A stretch of 32,331 bases of DNA, taken from positions 1 through 32,331 of the forward strand of contig JAHLWZ010000991.1 in the NCBI GenBank assembly GCA_020536535.1, in the 5' to 3' direction. This DNA is from Pelomyxa schiedti. Taxonomy: Eukaryota; Protista; Evosea. Position numbers and translations under genes: made by a program. This document shows, piece after piece, positions 11,938-22,156 of the stretch (the stretch's first letter is position 1; each line of letters opens with the position of its first letter). Under the pieces are notes generated by a model. The model did not search any database. It saw nothing but the letters and a program-made list of their open reading frames with translations, and was not told the origin of the DNA.

Positions 11938-12213
11938 CCGCTACTTCCGAACGTCTACTTCTAAGGTTTAGTGAGAAGACGGCCAAATCCATGGAAATGG
12001 GTAAATCTGCCTATAAGAATAAAACGAATCTTCTGCTCTGCTGCTCGTGAGGCTGCTGAGGCGCTCGGACGAGACAGACGACGAAAATCGAATGGACGCC
12101 GTTTTGAAAGTTGCTGTGGCTTATCTATATCTATTTGTTACACTTGGAGGAAGTGAAGCTCGAGGTTTTGGCCCTCGGCGCCCTTTGGCTAGAATGGAAA
12201 AGAAGAAGAAGAG
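11840..12213. repeat. Perfect 90-bp inverted repeat (arms 11840-11929 and 12124-12213, 194-bp spacer)
   Basis: Base-by-base reverse complement with no mismatch. No target-site duplication seen. Confidence 0.97.
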
Positions 12214-12654
12214 GCTGAAGAGGTGGTGACACGCCGGTGTTGTCTTTGCGTGACTTTGTTTTCACGAAGCGAGGACTATGAGGGAATGAATGGAAGCGGG
12301 CAAGAAAAAAGCGGTGGCTCTTAGTGTCGCTTTTTCGGGGTTGAGGTACTTTTCGTTGGTGAACTGCTACTGCCTCTGCGCGTGCCCCCTTTTCGTCAAT
12401 AGATTTTTTAAATGGTTCTACGTCGTTGATGAGAGGAAATTGCTTTGTCTCCGAGGTTTCTCCTCTGCAAAAAGAAAAAAAAATTTTACTCCTCGTGTTC
12501 TGTTCGTTGCCTCTTCCGCTCGAAAACTCGAAGAAAGTTACAAAGAGAGAGGCCTGAGGGTTCATCACAGTGCTTTTGTGAAAAGATAGATAGAATAGAT
12601 GATATCTACACAGGAATCAAGATGGAATTCCATGCAAAGGGGTTACAACAAAGG

Positions 12655-13796
12655 TCAGGAGAGAAGGGCTGAAAGTTGTTCATTCTTGTCAAATGTAGCA
12701 TTGAGGGATTCCATGGTGGTTTCTAGGTACTTCTTCATTGTGACCATGTCATCAGACAGCTAAGGTGAATTAGATTAGTTGGTATGAATAGGAGATAGGA
12801 AACCTGAACGAAAGAGGAGGCCTGGTGGATTAAAGGTGTGTTGAAGTCCGAGCTTTTCCGTAATAACAGGAACTGTATGTCTTGTAGTATCTCATCGGAA
12901 GTCATGCCCACAGTTGGATTTGAGAGGGTTGTTAGTGGCTGCTGCTTTCTTGCCTGAGGTTGTTGTGCCAGAGTGTTTTCAATGGATGGGAGTGTGGGAA
13001 TTTTCTGAACTTTTGCCACCGGTAGTGACAAAGCACATGCGTTTGAGGCTGCTGTTACGGTTGACGATTGAGCAGGAATCAATGTTGTAGTGTCTCCTCC
13101 TGCAACCAGTGAAGGCCTGGAGAGTGCTAGTTGTGATGAGGAATTTAATGGTACCAAAAACTATCAGAATATTTCTCAATAGTATAAGAACTTATAAGTG
13201 AAACCCCTAAGCATTCAAGTACCTTGCACAACAGCAGGCGTTGTTATATTTGCACACTGGGATCCCTCCACTCCCGATTTAGGCCGAATTGCAGTAGTTG
13301 TTGGTGTTACTGTGGGTGCTTGTTTGATGTCGTTCTTAAGTGCGCCATTACCGAGACTGACACAATCACTTGTGGGAGAAGTACTATAACTTGTGCTTGT
13401 AGAAATGCAAGGCGCCGAGGCGGATTTCGATTGGGACTGAGGAACAGAACCAGGAAAGGGTGACGTGGATAGCACCCCAAGAGGAGTCGGTAAATCCAAC
13501 AAGGAACTCCACCCTGAGGATGTGGCTGTAGAAGTGAATGCAGATGAAGTGGGTGACGTGGATGTGGATGTTGGTGTGGAAGTGGAAGTGGAAGTGGAAG
13601 TGGAAGTGGAGTTGGAATTGGGCGTGGGACCTGAGGGAATCGAACCTACGCCCTGTTGGGTAGCGGCACTTGGCGTTGGTGAGTGTTGCCTGCTGCTCTG
13701 TTGATTCGTGCTCGTCGTGAACTGCAGCAATCGAAGCGCCATCAAAGCCAACAAAAACTCTCTTCTACCAGGCTCGAGCCATTCTTGGAGTCTCAT
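12655..13796 (-). CDS. Hypothetical Ser/Thr/Pro-rich protein with a short C-terminal helical/coiled-coil segment (about 3 exons)
   Basis: ORFs 13215-13814 and 12735-13157 plus a final exon LSDDMVTMKKYLETTMESLNATFDKNEQLSALLS*. The donor site of the first intron is ambiguous. Confidence 0.6.
13576..13610. repeat. (GTGGAA)n hexamer repeat encoding (Ser-Thr)n on the minus strand
   Basis: About 6 tandem copies. Confidence 0.9.
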
Positions 13797-13917
13797 TGGG
13801 AGTTCCTCTGTCACCTAGTTACTGCATATATGGCTGGTTCTGGGTCGAAGAATCCTGGAGTACAAAGCTTCCACGATTCTGATGGTTCCGGGAACGGACA
13901 GGAGAGAGCAAAAAAAA

Positions 13918-14307
13918 ATGGGTCTCGGCGAAGTGGTTAATGCTGTGAAACTGATAGTGTGCGTGGTGCTTGCTTTGCTGTTGCTGTGCATGGGCCTCCT
14001 GGGCTGGGACTTTGTTGCCCACAAGCTCATCAACAGCGTGATCAAGTTCGCCGTCGGCGTGGCCACGACCCACCCCTACGTGGCCGCCTTCGTCATAGGC
14101 CTCTCTGCCATCCTGGCTTACTTCTTCCCGTCTTCTTCCCCGCCGCCACCACAACCACAACAAAGACCCCAGGGTTCCTCAGCAGGCGCATCTCCAATGC
14201 CTGATGAGGACGATGACGACGACCCACACGACGATGATGGGATGGAACAACAGACGCCGCCCTCGACCACAACTTCTTCTTCTGCTGGGCCTCAGGACGT
14301 GGACTGA
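13918..14307 (+). CDS. Small membrane protein, two hydrophobic segments plus an acidic/Pro-rich tail
   Basis: ATG preceded by an A-run. Hydrophobic stretches LIVCVVLALLLLCMGLLGW and YVAAFVIGLSAILAYFF. GC3-rich codons. Confidence 0.7.
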   Translation: MGLGEVVNAVKLIVCVVLALLLLCMGLLGWDFVAHKLINSVIKFAVGVATTHPYVAAFVIGLSAILAYFFPSSSPPPPQPQQRPQGSSAGASPMPDEDDDDDPHDDDGMEQQTPPSTTTSSSAGPQDVD

Positions 14308-14434
14308 GACTTCTCAAGCACCACAAATTTTGGATTATTACAAGAGCACACGAAAGGCGTGCTCACGCCGTTTCATTTCGTCTTTTGCTGTTGCATAGGA
14401 TAGAGACTAAATTGTTGATGGAGAAATGTGTTTT

Positions 14435-17400
14435 TTAGTTGTTACAATGAGATACAAGAATGTCGAGGGAGTTACGTAGCCTTGTTATCTTAGCGTCTGT
14501 TTCTCTTGTGAGCTTTCCCTCGGTGATAAGTAGGTGCTCTACTGTAGTAGTTGTGCTTTCGGCGTTGGTGAGGTGGTTGTAGCATAGCGTTGAGGTCTTC
14601 TTTACTGACTGGAGTTTCAGGTCCAAGGGGCGCAGCACTGATGTACCCTATGAAGATGGTGAGATAGACATTTTCGGGAAATTTACCCTTTCAATTACCA
14701 GGGATGGTGCCATGAACCTGGCTTCGGCAGATTGCTTCTTAAGAAGTGAGATATCCCTCTAACAAAATGAGTGTGAAATTTGGAAGAAGGATCAGCACAA
14801 CCTGTACAAGTGAAATATCAGCAACTATTGCACACACTGGGTGTGCTTCATTAATTTTCTGGCTAATCCAATGTTCGAATGGAGTCAGTTCATGTTGAAC
14901 TGCAGGTTTCACCTGCAACTCCACAGTGGCATCATCATTAGTATTAAGAGTGGCAGTTGTTGTTTGCACTTGGCTTGGTTCCATTTGTTGCACGGAACTC
15001 GGATTGTTCTTTTTCATTTGCCCTGAGAATGAAGATTTTGGAGTTGCATTGGTGGTGACTGGTGAGACTGTTTTTGGGAGTGGTCTGACCCCGTGTGGAG
15101 GAGGAAGAGGACGGCGTGCGCAAATTCCGAGAGGTCTGGGTTGCCGAGATGTGGCGGACTGCGGTATTAGTTGTACTACTGCTTCTGCTGGAGCCGTGTT
15201 GTCTTGAGTTTGTCTCTCTGTGAAACCCCTTGAAGTGTTCTGCTCCGATCTGGGCTTAACGCTTGTGTCCTTGAGTGCAGTTGGATTTGAGTCTGTGACA
15301 GTATGTGTGGATTCAACTTGCTTTGTTGATAGAGTGTTAAGCTTTGTAACCAGAATTTCGTCTGGTACTTGATTCTGTGGTGTTTCTTGTAATTGTTTGT
15401 CACCTTCCTGTGTTGAGTGTATTGGATCTTCACTATTTGAAGCAATACTTGATGGTGCTCCAATTGGTACTTCCAGGTTTGGTAGAGGTACCAGGGGTGG
15501 TGATTCTACCGGCGAAGGCAATAGAGGGGGTGAGGGTGAGAACATTGGAGGGGATGGTGGTAGTGGTGGCGGAGACGGCGATAACAGGGGAGGGGAGAGA
15601 GGCAGAGGTGGCGGAGGCGGTGGAGGGGAGGGTGATAACTGTGGAGGGGAGGGAGGTGGAGGTGGCGGAGCGTGGGAAAATAAAGGAGGAGATGGAGCCA
15701 ACGGCGGCGGAGAGAGTGACAATGCCGGAGGCAACGGTGGAGGAGGCAGCTGTATCTCCTCCGGGGAATCGGGAACCAGCATTGAAGGTGGGCTGGTGAC
15801 TTCTTTTACTTCGTCATGTAGAGTGCCTGTGGCTTCAGTCTCCAGTATCGGTAATGAAACTGTAGAACTGTCGCCTACGTTATCTGATGAACTAGTACTA
15901 GCAAAGAGTTCTTCAGAGTAAGAGGTAATATTCTGAGGGACTTGGAGGTTCCCTGATGTGAGGCAAACGAGGTTTTCAGGGGGGTCCTGGGCTGCACTGC
16001 TTGACATATCATCTCCGGAAGTGCTGGAAATGCGATCTTGACTATCTAATTTAGTATCCTCGTTCTGGGTATCAGATGGGGGGCAACCCTCTGAATCAGA
16101 ACTTGCTGGCGGAATTAGTATTTCTCCAACATCTTGTGAATATTCCGATTTGGTACTTTCTGTTGTCAATTGGGTTTGGATATCATTCAATACAGATGTT
16201 TCTGTATGAACTTGTGCGGACACTGGACTTCCAGGGGTATCAGAATTGGTCTGCTTACAAACAATACTGCTTTTTGAGTCATGGCAGATCACAGTCCCCT
16301 GTTCTTCTGGGGAATTGGGGATTTCAATGCGATTGACAGTATTTATTTCCTGGCTGACTTCCTCAGCACTTGTATGCTTGGTCTCCGCGGTTTGAATTTC
16401 GGACTTTGCATCACAGGAGTTAATTTGTTCACTATAATTTGTTTCTGATATGCTTTTAGAAGGCTCCGTGGCGGAAGAGTCTGATGGCAAAACTCCTTTT
16501 GGAACCTCTTCCACTGTAGTATGAGCTATTGGTGTTTTGTTGATACCGCTTTCTACAGGGGCTACAGGATGATGAAATGGTTCAGATTTTGTTAGAGTTA
16601 TTGTTGCTGAAGGCCGCATAGGTAATGCAGGCGCTGACGTAACTGGAATTGGAGGAGGTAAAATCAATGGAGGCGGCACCAAAAGTAGTGGGGGTGGTTG
16701 AATACGAGGTTGAGTTGGTGGGGCTGGTGGGGTTGAGGGTGGATGAGGAGAGTATACAGGTTGATCAGCTTGTACTGTAGATGTAGAAAACCGTTTATGT
16801 GCCTTTTGAATATCGGATTCAATTTGAGCAACAGATTGCAAAAGTGCCGGCGCAACGACGTTTTCAACTCTGTCGTGTGTAAGGTCTTGTTCCAGAGGCA
16901 GAGGGGGTTCAGCGATATGAACTGCAGGTTGAACAATGGAAAGACTTCTTCTTGGTTTCATGCTCTTTTTGAACAGTGCAGGGTCAATAGTAACAGTGTT
17001 CTTTACATTCTCTGGGGGTAGAAGCCTAACATATGTACCTGGGAAATGGCCAATTTTACCAGAGGAGGATTCCCCTAAGAGCAAATAAGGTGAACACCCT
17101 GTAAAGGAACGACGAACCTCTCCACCATCCAGTTGGGAGCTGTTCAATAATAATTATTTTTTCTCCTTTTGTTAGTGACAACTGGGAGTTGTCCTTAGCA
17201 GAATATGAGTACAGAGCTTTTCCCCTATTATTGTTTTGAAGTACTTTAGACAGCAACTCCGAGGTATGTGAGAGGTGGAAACATTGTTGGATTGTCGCCA
17301 GATAAGCCATGCACATATGTATGGGGGAAAAAGCCTATCCTACTGTGACATTCTCCTAGCCACCACCCACTATGTGGAATAAGCTCAAAAATAGCAATTT

Positions 17401-18850
17401 AGGAAGAGAAACCTCGAATGACGGCATAAAATGAGGATGCGTTCACCCCTGATCAGAGGCAGCATTTGGGGAGCAGAGGGGCTGAAAGGTATCAATACGC
17501 GGGCATACTCTACGGGATAGTGAGTCTAATGCCATTGTACATTAAGATGTACCGGCGCTGGTAACAACTTGACCAAGCCAAGAAGGTGTACTGGACTTCG
17601 GGTAATTTGTGGAAGGTTTTATTTTTTCTTCCACTGGGCCTGAATCAATGGGTGCAGAAGGTTCTATCTTGATTTTTTTAACTTCACCATATTGTGCATT
17701 GATTGTCCACATACTTCCTTGGTTACATTTGAGGCATCCTTCTCGATTGAACTTTTTTGTACAGTGTTTGAGGAAGCATCAGACTTGTCTGCACTACCCA
17801 TTATCGGCGGAAGATCAAATAAATTACTGAAGCAAGATTACACACCAAAGAAACTTGTACTGCTCGTTATAGGAACCACAAATGTAGATGGAACATGTCC
17901 CTTCTTCCCGTTGATTGAGCCAAGCAGCCAGCCTTGCATTTCATGCTTCAGAATTAACACTATATCTCCTTCGTTGAATGAAAGTTCTCCAGCCCTTTCA
18001 CCCACAAAAGAACGTCTGGCACGAGCGTTGTAAGGTGGAATGCAGGAAGTAACGGAGGCGGTGGATATGGTTGATGTGGGTGGTGTAGGTAGCACTGGAG
18101 GTGGAGTGGGTGATGAGGAATTCGGAATAGGGGATGGTGTTGTTGGGGGTGCAGGTGTTAGTTGGCGGTATGACGAACCTACAGCAAAACTACGGCTACG
18201 TTGGTGAGATGACTGAAACGATGATGTTGGAGGTGTAGGAGTCATTAGGCCCAACGTTTGTGCAATACTGGTAGTATTTGAGCTAAAAGAGAAAACACCA
18301 CCGCTTGATGGCTCAAAAGTCAAGCCCCTTGCAGCTTTCGTTTTAGCAACGTCTTCATCAGTAGCACTGCTAGTCGGGTCTACTGAAACCAAAATTTGTG
18401 CATTTGCTCCATTGACAGCACTCGAACTCCCTGACTCCACAGAAGTATTGCAGTCATTGATTGTACATTGGTCAATACTAGTACTATGAGAGGCAGGAAT
18501 AGCCACAGTGCTGTCTGTAGGTGATAAAACTACATTTGACGGAGTTTGGTCGTCACGCAGAAATGCCGCCGGAATAAGACCTTGCTGACCGCCTTTGTTT
18601 TCAACCAGAATCCAGCCTTGCTCGTACTTATTAATCACCTATCCTTAAGTGAGTATCTCCCACAAGATCTTTCTTTGTAGCGTAGCAACAAAAGGCAGAG
18701 AATGTGTTCAATGGGTGGGTTTTTCTATGTAATTTTCTTTTAAACCTTGAGTGGTTCTCCCTTTGAAATTGACAGGTGACCCCTGACGTCGCTCTCCCAG
18801 TCACAAACCGCCACGCTTTGCACAACAACGTCTTGTGCCTCCGTTGACAT
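14435..18850 (-). CDS. Adaptor with four SH3 domains, a long proline-rich region and a C-terminal helical/coiled-coil segment
   Basis: SH3-1 (SVAVCDW..GWILV..GLIPAAFL), SH3-2 (ARARRSF..ELSFNEGD..GWLLG..GHVPSTFV), SH3-3 (ARVLIPF..GWWLGE..GFFPHTYV), SH3-4 (GKALYSY..QLSLTKGE..GWWRGE..GHFPGTYV). All exons join by GT-AG introns. Confidence 0.9.
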
Positions 18851-19066
18851 CGTTCCCCTGTTGTTGTTTCAACGGGGAGGAGGTGTTGATGAGGTTTTTT
18901 TATGTTCTATTTCGTTTCGTAAAATACTCATCACAAAAAAACACATTTCGGGTAACAAAGGCGAAGGGGGATTCGTTTTTGGTTGCTTTGTTTGTTGACA
19001 CAGATGCTCATCACGGAGGGAATTGAGGAAATTACGGTGGTGAATTGGTCACCTTTATTTTGTCAA

Positions 19067-20224
19067 CTACACTTTGTTCTTCTTCCAGGCCTTCATTTCC
19101 TTCTCATATCTGATTTTGTCTTGGGCAGCTGCCTCGTCATATTTCTTTTGGGAGGGAACAAGTGTGAGCAAGGACTAAGGAGATTTGAGAGGAGCGGACC
19201 TGTTTTTGATCAGCTGGTAGGGTCTTCCATCTGTGTCCAATTTCTTTGAGTAAGTCTTGGCTTTTGAAGTCCGGCTTTGCCTTCAACTCCGCCTTTACCT
19301 ACGGGTGAAAATTAAGCTATGAGAACTAATTTGTGCAGCACTGTACCTCTGACATGATTTCAGCTTGATAGCACATATATGCAGACTTCCTTCCAGAAGG
19401 TTGCCCTGGGACTATTTTGGACCTCTTTGTCCTTCTTGCTGCTGGTGCATCTGAGCCTGAAGACTCATCTTCATCCTTGGCAGGTACGTACTTTTTCATT
19501 TCTTTCTCCCAGCGGACTTTATCTCGCTTTGCCAGCTCTTCGAATCGCTAGGTTGGCTGTTGGTTAAACGTAAAATTAAAAAAAAGGGTATTCGAACCTC
19601 TTTCTCTTCAGTAGTCATTTCACGCCACAGTCTTCCTAGCTCCACCATTACTTCTTTTGAATCCAGTTTGGGGTTCTTGGCTTTCATTTCCTCTCTGAGA
19701 GTCCTTCCCCTTTCATTCGAGAAGTACAGATAGGCAGACCTCGGGCCCTTGGGTGCGGCTGGGTCCTGCAGTAAACCAACAACAAAAACAGAAAAAGTGA
19801 GATAATAACCAAACAAAGTGTGTACCAACAAAGGAGTTTGTGCATTTGGGTTTGGTACCTTTGTGCGCTTCGTCTTCTTTACGGGCTTCACAGGCTCCTC
19901 CTCTGCATCGCTGTCGCTGGCGCTATCGGCACTCTCCTCCTCACTCGAACTCGACGACGTTTCGTACCACTCAGCAGGCGCCGAAGGCCCGCGCTTGCGT
20001 GACGGCGTGGCCTTTGTTTTCGCGGCGGCTGCGGCGGCGGGGGCGGCTGTGGTCTTGGTGGTTTTTGCCGCCGATTTTGACGTACCCGAGATCACGCCCT
20101 TTGCGGGTTTTGTTGGGGTCGATTTTGGCTTGGTCGCCGGCGGTGGGGCGGTTGTGGTCGTAGTTGTCGTTGTTTCTTCTTCGTTGGAGTCTTCTCCGGA
20201 TGCGTTACTTTCCTCGTCCGACAT
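19067..20224 (-). CDS. HMG-box protein with two HMG boxes and an acidic/Lys-Ala-Thr-rich N-terminus
   Basis: KDPAAPKGPRSAYLYFS..ELGRLWREMTTEEKERFEELAKRDKVRWEKEM and PGQPSGRKSAYMCY..EIGHRWKTLPADQKQKYDEAAAQDKIRYEKEM. Confidence 0.92.
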
Positions 20225-20471
20225 TGTTGCTTGTGTTGACAAAAGGAGATTTAATTGTATTTTATGTGTTTTGAGTTGGGCAAGTGCGAGCGGGTCTGCA
20301 ATTAACTTTTCTTTTTCCGCTCGAAGATAGCAGATCCTGCCTAAACGACTCCGGGAGTCCAGCCGGTCTTTATTTTTTTTTTCTCCGCTCGAGGGTATCC
20401 GGAGCTCTAGTGGATTCCACTGATATTTTTTTTCCCCCCACCGGACCTCGTTGGTGACTAGCGAAGGAAGA
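20225..20471. promoter_or_regulatory. Probable bidirectional promoter (HMG / fucosyltransferase)
   Basis: Divergent starts about 250 bp apart. Three CCGCTCG copies and palindrome GACTCCGGGAGTC. Confidence 0.55.
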
Positions 20472-21878
20472 ATGCTGCTGCCCATGGTTGCCCAGCGGCC
20501 GCCGCGGCCCCGCCCCGGCGCCGGCCTCAGCCGGGGCTGCACCCGCACCGTCACGCTCTACGCCCTCGCCATCGCCCTGCTGCTCTGCCCCACCTTCATC
20601 ACCGTCAACGTGCTGTGGCGCCAGAACGCCCGCCTCTCGCGCCTGGCCTCGCTCGAGGCCCAGCTCGCGGCCCTCGGCGCCGCCCCGCAGCCCGCCGCCT
20701 GCCCCGGCGCGTCGCCGCCCGAGGTGCCCGGCAGCGGCGGCGGCACGCAGGCGGAGCCCGAGGGACTCGAGGAGACTCCCCCCGTCGCGGCCTCCGAAGA
20801 GGCCGAGGAGCCCTCGACCCATAATGCCGCGCCGTTGAGGCCGCCGACGCTGTTGTACGACCTGATCGCGGCGTCGCAGAATCCGGAGAGTTGCAACGCT
20901 TCGAATTTGGTCAGGTGCTCCATAATGGAACACAATTTTGGCTTTGGATTCCAGCTGCATCAGCTTGCAAGCTGCATTATTGAGGCTTTCTATCAGGGCA
21001 AAACCGCTGTGCTATGGCCTCCCACAATGCTGAGTTACGCACCAGAGTGCGAGTCCAGCTGGTCCTGCTACTTTGAGCCTATATCTAGTTGTCACTCTCT
21101 AAGTAACATTGCGAATATAATGAGTTCCGCACAAAAGCCTGCAAGTAAGGTTCCTGATAACTGGGTTCCTGAAGGTGTCCCTGCAACATTCCTCAATCCT
21201 GGTGCCTACGTTATAGGTGTAGTACTGCAGTATATAATGAGACCGGTTCCGAGGCTTCAGGCACTTCTGGATGCCAAAGCCAAGCATGTTGATTACGGTA
21301 TACACATAAGGCGAACTGACAAGCTACATATTGAAGCCTGGTACCACGATTTGGAACAGTACATGCAAGCCTTAGATAGGGTGACTAACCCGTCCTGGCA
21401 CTTCCACAGTGCTTATCGCCGCGTTTACAATAGGACCGTTTTCATTGCCACTGATGATTCCTCTGTCTGGGAAGAACTTTCCGGCTACCCGCAGTACCAC
21501 GTTTATCACGGCAATGGTGCATCACACCCACGCCACACCCAGGCCGGACTGGATGAATTCCTTGTTGAGCTGTTCACTCTGATGGATAGCAACTACTTTG
21601 TTGGAACCTTCTCATCTCAAGTATCCCGCATTGTGTTTGAGATATTTCACACCAGATTCCTTGATGCATATGACCGAGCATGGTCTCTGGATGACCCGTG
21701 GTATGGGATCAAGTATGGAATGGTTTTCCCCAGTATGACTCAGTACATGGAACGAGAAGGAGGCCTTGGACTCTCCAACAAGAACAAGCCAGGAAGATTG
21801 ACTGCTGCTGATAAAGAAAATAATCCTGATGCCTTGAGACAACAACAAGTCATTGAGGGAACAGCAAGTTCCACATAA
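20472..21878 (+). CDS. Alpha-1,6-fucosyltransferase (GT23, FUT8-like), type II membrane protein, intronless
   Basis: N-terminal TM and stem, then GFGFQLHQL, GIHIRRTDK, VFIATDD, FVGTFSSQVSRIVFEI, SLDDPWY, which match FUT8 motifs. Start at 20472 or 20484. Confidence 0.9.
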   Translation: MLLPMVAQRPPRPRPGAGLSRGCTRTVTLYALAIALLLCPTFITVNVLWRQNARLSRLASLEAQLAALGAAPQPAACPGASPPEVPGSGGGTQAEPEGLEETPPVAASEEAEEPSTHNAAPLRPPTLLYDLIAASQNPESCNASNLVRCSIMEHNFGFGFQLHQLASCIIEAFYQGKTAVLWPPTMLSYAPECESSWSCYFEPISSCHSLSNIANIMSSAQKPASKVPDNWVPEGVPATFLNPGAYVIGVVLQYIMRPVPRLQALLDAKAKHVDYGIHIRRTDKLHIEAWYHDLEQYMQALDRVTNPSWHFHSAYRRVYNRTVFIATDDSSVWEELSGYPQYHVYHGNGASHPRHTQAGLDEFLVELFTLMDSNYFVGTFSSQVSRIVFEIFHTRFLDAYDRAWSLDDPWYGIKYGMVFPSMTQYMEREGGLGLSNKNKPGRLTAADKENNPDALRQQQVIEGTASST

Positions 21879-22156
21879 AAAAATGTAGTTTTTCACTGTC
21901 GTGTTAGAGAAATCGATGGTGAACGAATGTTTTTTATTTGCAGTTGCTAAGTGCCCTGGACTGTCCATCTGAGGGTTGGTCAACAGGGTACCTCCATCTC
22001 TTAAAACATAGATCACTAAACACTCTTATTTCCCTGGCTCTCAACTAAGCCCATACCCAAAGTATCAAGACATTGCTTCTACATTTCAACCACCAACCAA
22101 AAAGGCGTGAAGCTATCCAAAGACAAGAAAAAGTTTTTTTTTTTTTTGGTTGTAGT

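Noticed and set aside
12170-12200. Resemblance of CTCGGCGCCCTTTGGCTAG to the U2 snRNA 5' stem
   Set aside because: No GTAGTA branch-recognition sequence or Sm site, and the sequence is a copy of an intron.
11840-12213. MITE / DNA transposon interpretation of the inverted repeat
   Set aside because: No target-site duplication, and one arm is host coding and intron sequence.
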